DNA from: an uncultured delta proteobacterium
GTDB lineage: Bacteria > Desulfobacterota > Binatia > UBA9968
Length of the DNA stretch: 64,000 bases
Reading direction: 5' to 3'
Assembly: GCA_963745835.1 (NCBI GenBank)
Contig: CAVUZH010000014.1
Span: 448,001 to 512,000, forward strand
The notes under the pieces are model-generated. The model ran no database searches. It saw only the letters and a list, made by a program, of their open reading frames with translations, and was not told the origin of the DNA. Shown piece by piece: positions 62,315 to 64,000 of this stretch. Every line of letters begins with the position of its first letter. Position 1 is the stretch's first letter. The translations under genes were made by a program, and so were the position numbers.

Positions 62315-63889
62315 TTAGTCATTCAAGCTCGGTTGCTTTATCTGATACTTTCCATCGCCGTCCTGATTGATCCTCCCCTGTTCGTGTAAAGCACCCAAGG
62401 CTGCGGCGATGGCTGGGTAATCAATCTGTGGAAACAGCTCTAACAGTTCGGCAAAAAAGCGATGCGAATTTGTGAGCTCGCTGAGAATTTTTTGCGATAC
62501 GGCTTGCATATCGGAAGGTTCGGCTGGCGCCGCCTGTTTCACGCCGCTATCAAGATAATCTTTCAACTGCACCTTGCCTTGATTGTAGTAAACAATCCGA
62601 TTGTACCGGCTAGCCGGCACATTGTCGGGAATGGTTGCATCGATACCCATCTTCGCCGTAGTCGGAATTTTGCCTGTGGTAGAAGGCGGCAACGATGGGT
62701 CAAGAGGTTTGGAACGAGCATTGGAAACGATCAGGACATCACGATCAGCCTGAACACGCGTGGCCACGGCCCATTCAACGTCGATCGCATCGAATACATC
62801 GATATCATCATCGACTATAGTCACATGTTTGATGTCCGCGATTGCCAGGAGCGCCATAATCGCATTTTTACCATCACCCGGCGATTTCTTGATCGCCGCC
62901 ACGATGTGCCAGTGACAGCATCCCCCGGGCGTTACGTTGATGGCAGTGGCGTGAACGCCGGCTTCGTGAAGCACGCGCCAAGCGGCAGCTTCGTAAATCG
63001 GCGCGCTCATCCAGATGTTTTCCCACGGCATATGCAAAGCATAGTAAATCGGATTTTTACGATGCATGACGGCTTTGATGCGCACTCGCGGATTGAGATG
63101 AATGCCGCCCATTAGCCGGTTGAACTCGCAAAACGGCCCTTCAGGATGAATCCAGCCTTCCGGAAGAATTTCTCCTTCCAAAACGATCTCCGCATCGGCG
63201 ATACACGGCACCGGAATGGTTTCGCCATCGGCGAGCATCAGAGGCTCGCTCCGAAGCCCGCCTGCAAAGGTGAGCTCATTGACACCGAGATTGGCTTTGA
63301 ACGTCGATGCCACCAACTCATAAGGATGCGTGCCGATAGAGATCGATATCGGCAGCGGTTTTTTTTGCTGCAGCGATCGCTCGGCAAACTTTCGCAGATT
63401 ATTGGGCGTTACAATGTCGATGCCGGTAATATCTCTTTCCTTCAGCATTAACCGGTATACTCCCGCGTTCATGCCGAATTCCGGGTCCTCACCGATTACA
63501 ACACCGCCCGTGATCATGGGCCCACCGTCCATAATCGAAAACACCGGCACCGGAAGCTGGAACAGGTTGACGTCCGTACCGGTTCGAACCACTTCCTTCA
63601 CAGCTCCGCGCTGTACTCGTTGTGGTGCAATCGGATGCTCCATGGCTGCGCGCAGCTTGCTTTCGATCTTCTCGTACGGAACTCCCATGGCCAGAGCTAA
63701 CCGGTTGCGCGACTGTAATAACCCGGACGCCACCGGCATTGAGTAACCGCGCACGTTTTGAAACAAAATTGCTTGTTCGGACTGCGGCACCAACGCTGCA
63801 ATGTCACGCGCATCGGTGGCCGTGGTAATCTCGAGCAACTCTCCGTTGATCTTCAATGCTTCAAGATAGCTTCTGAAGGTCGCCGTCAT
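62315..63889 (-). CDS. UbiD family decarboxylase with C-terminal extension
   Basis: DGGPMIT, NAGVYR, AEIVLEG, EGPFCEF, VDDDIDV..VEWAVATR, KMGIDAT. Confidence 0.93.
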   Translation of the reverse strand: MTATFRSYLEALKINGELLEITTATDARDIAALVPQSEQAILFQNVRGYSMPVASGLLQSRNRLALAMGVPYEKIESKLRAAMEHPIAPQRVQRGAVKEVVRTGTDVNLFQLPVPVFSIMDGGPMITGGVVIGEDPEFGMNAGVYRLMLKERDITGIDIVTPNNLRKFAERSLQQKKPLPISISIGTHPYELVASTFKANLGVNELTFAGGLRSEPLMLADGETIPVPCIADAEIVLEGEILPEGWIHPEGPFCEFNRLMGGIHLNPRVRIKAVMHRKNPIYYALHMPWENIWMSAPIYEAAAWRVLHEAGVHATAINVTPGGCCHWHIVAAIKKSPGDGKNAIMALLAIADIKHVTIVDDDIDVFDAIDVEWAVATRVQADRDVLIVSNARSKPLDPSLPPSTTGKIPTTAKMGIDATIPDNVPASRYNRIVYYNQGKVQLKDYLDSGVKQAAPAEPSDMQAVSQKILSELTNSHRFFAELLELFPQIDYPAIAAALGALHEQGRINQDGDGKYQIKQPSLND

Positions 63890-64000
63890 TGTTTCCCCTC
63901 CCTTGGAAGTAAGCCAGCATAGCAAAATAATTGCTATCAATCACCGCATTGGTTTCGGAAGGGTGAGGGCATATGCTATGGAAAGTCAGAAGGAGATTCG

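Noticed and set aside
14908-63828. Numerous antisense/overlapping ORFs in the track
   Set aside because: They shadow well-supported genes in GC-rich DNA and show no recognisable motifs
1-64000. CRISPR array, rRNA, intact integrase/transposase, selABCD
   Set aside because: No regularly spaced repeats or recognisable motifs for these seen in the window

Overview
Bacterial chromosomal window. The expanded ABC substrate-binding proteins, two UbiD genes and tandem Mo-hydroxylases suggest a Deltaproteobacteria/Binatia-like organism (inference). Bases 1-11.2 kb are a decayed, more AT-rich accessory island abutting the 3' end of a tRNA-Arg(TCG), with stand-alone response regulators, spoVG, small hypotheticals and gene remnants. 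The rest is core/catabolic DNA: cysS, UbiD plus two xanthine-dehydrogenase-family operons, an EgtB-like/peroxiredoxin cluster, thiI, an ABC transporter with four tandem binding proteins, and aromatic-catabolism genes. Main hidden signal: three peroxiredoxin-family genes that the ORF track splits each have an in-frame TGA exactly at the peroxidatic Cys position, followed by a hairpin, i.e. probable selenoproteins (8983-9528, 26146-26625, 31568-32035). One has a near-identical Cys paralog about 2 kb away; the two flank an Egt1/EgtB-like sulfoxide synthase downstream of a CysL-like LysR, a candidate S/Se antioxidant locus. Several genes carry single-base frameshifts that look like sequencing indels.
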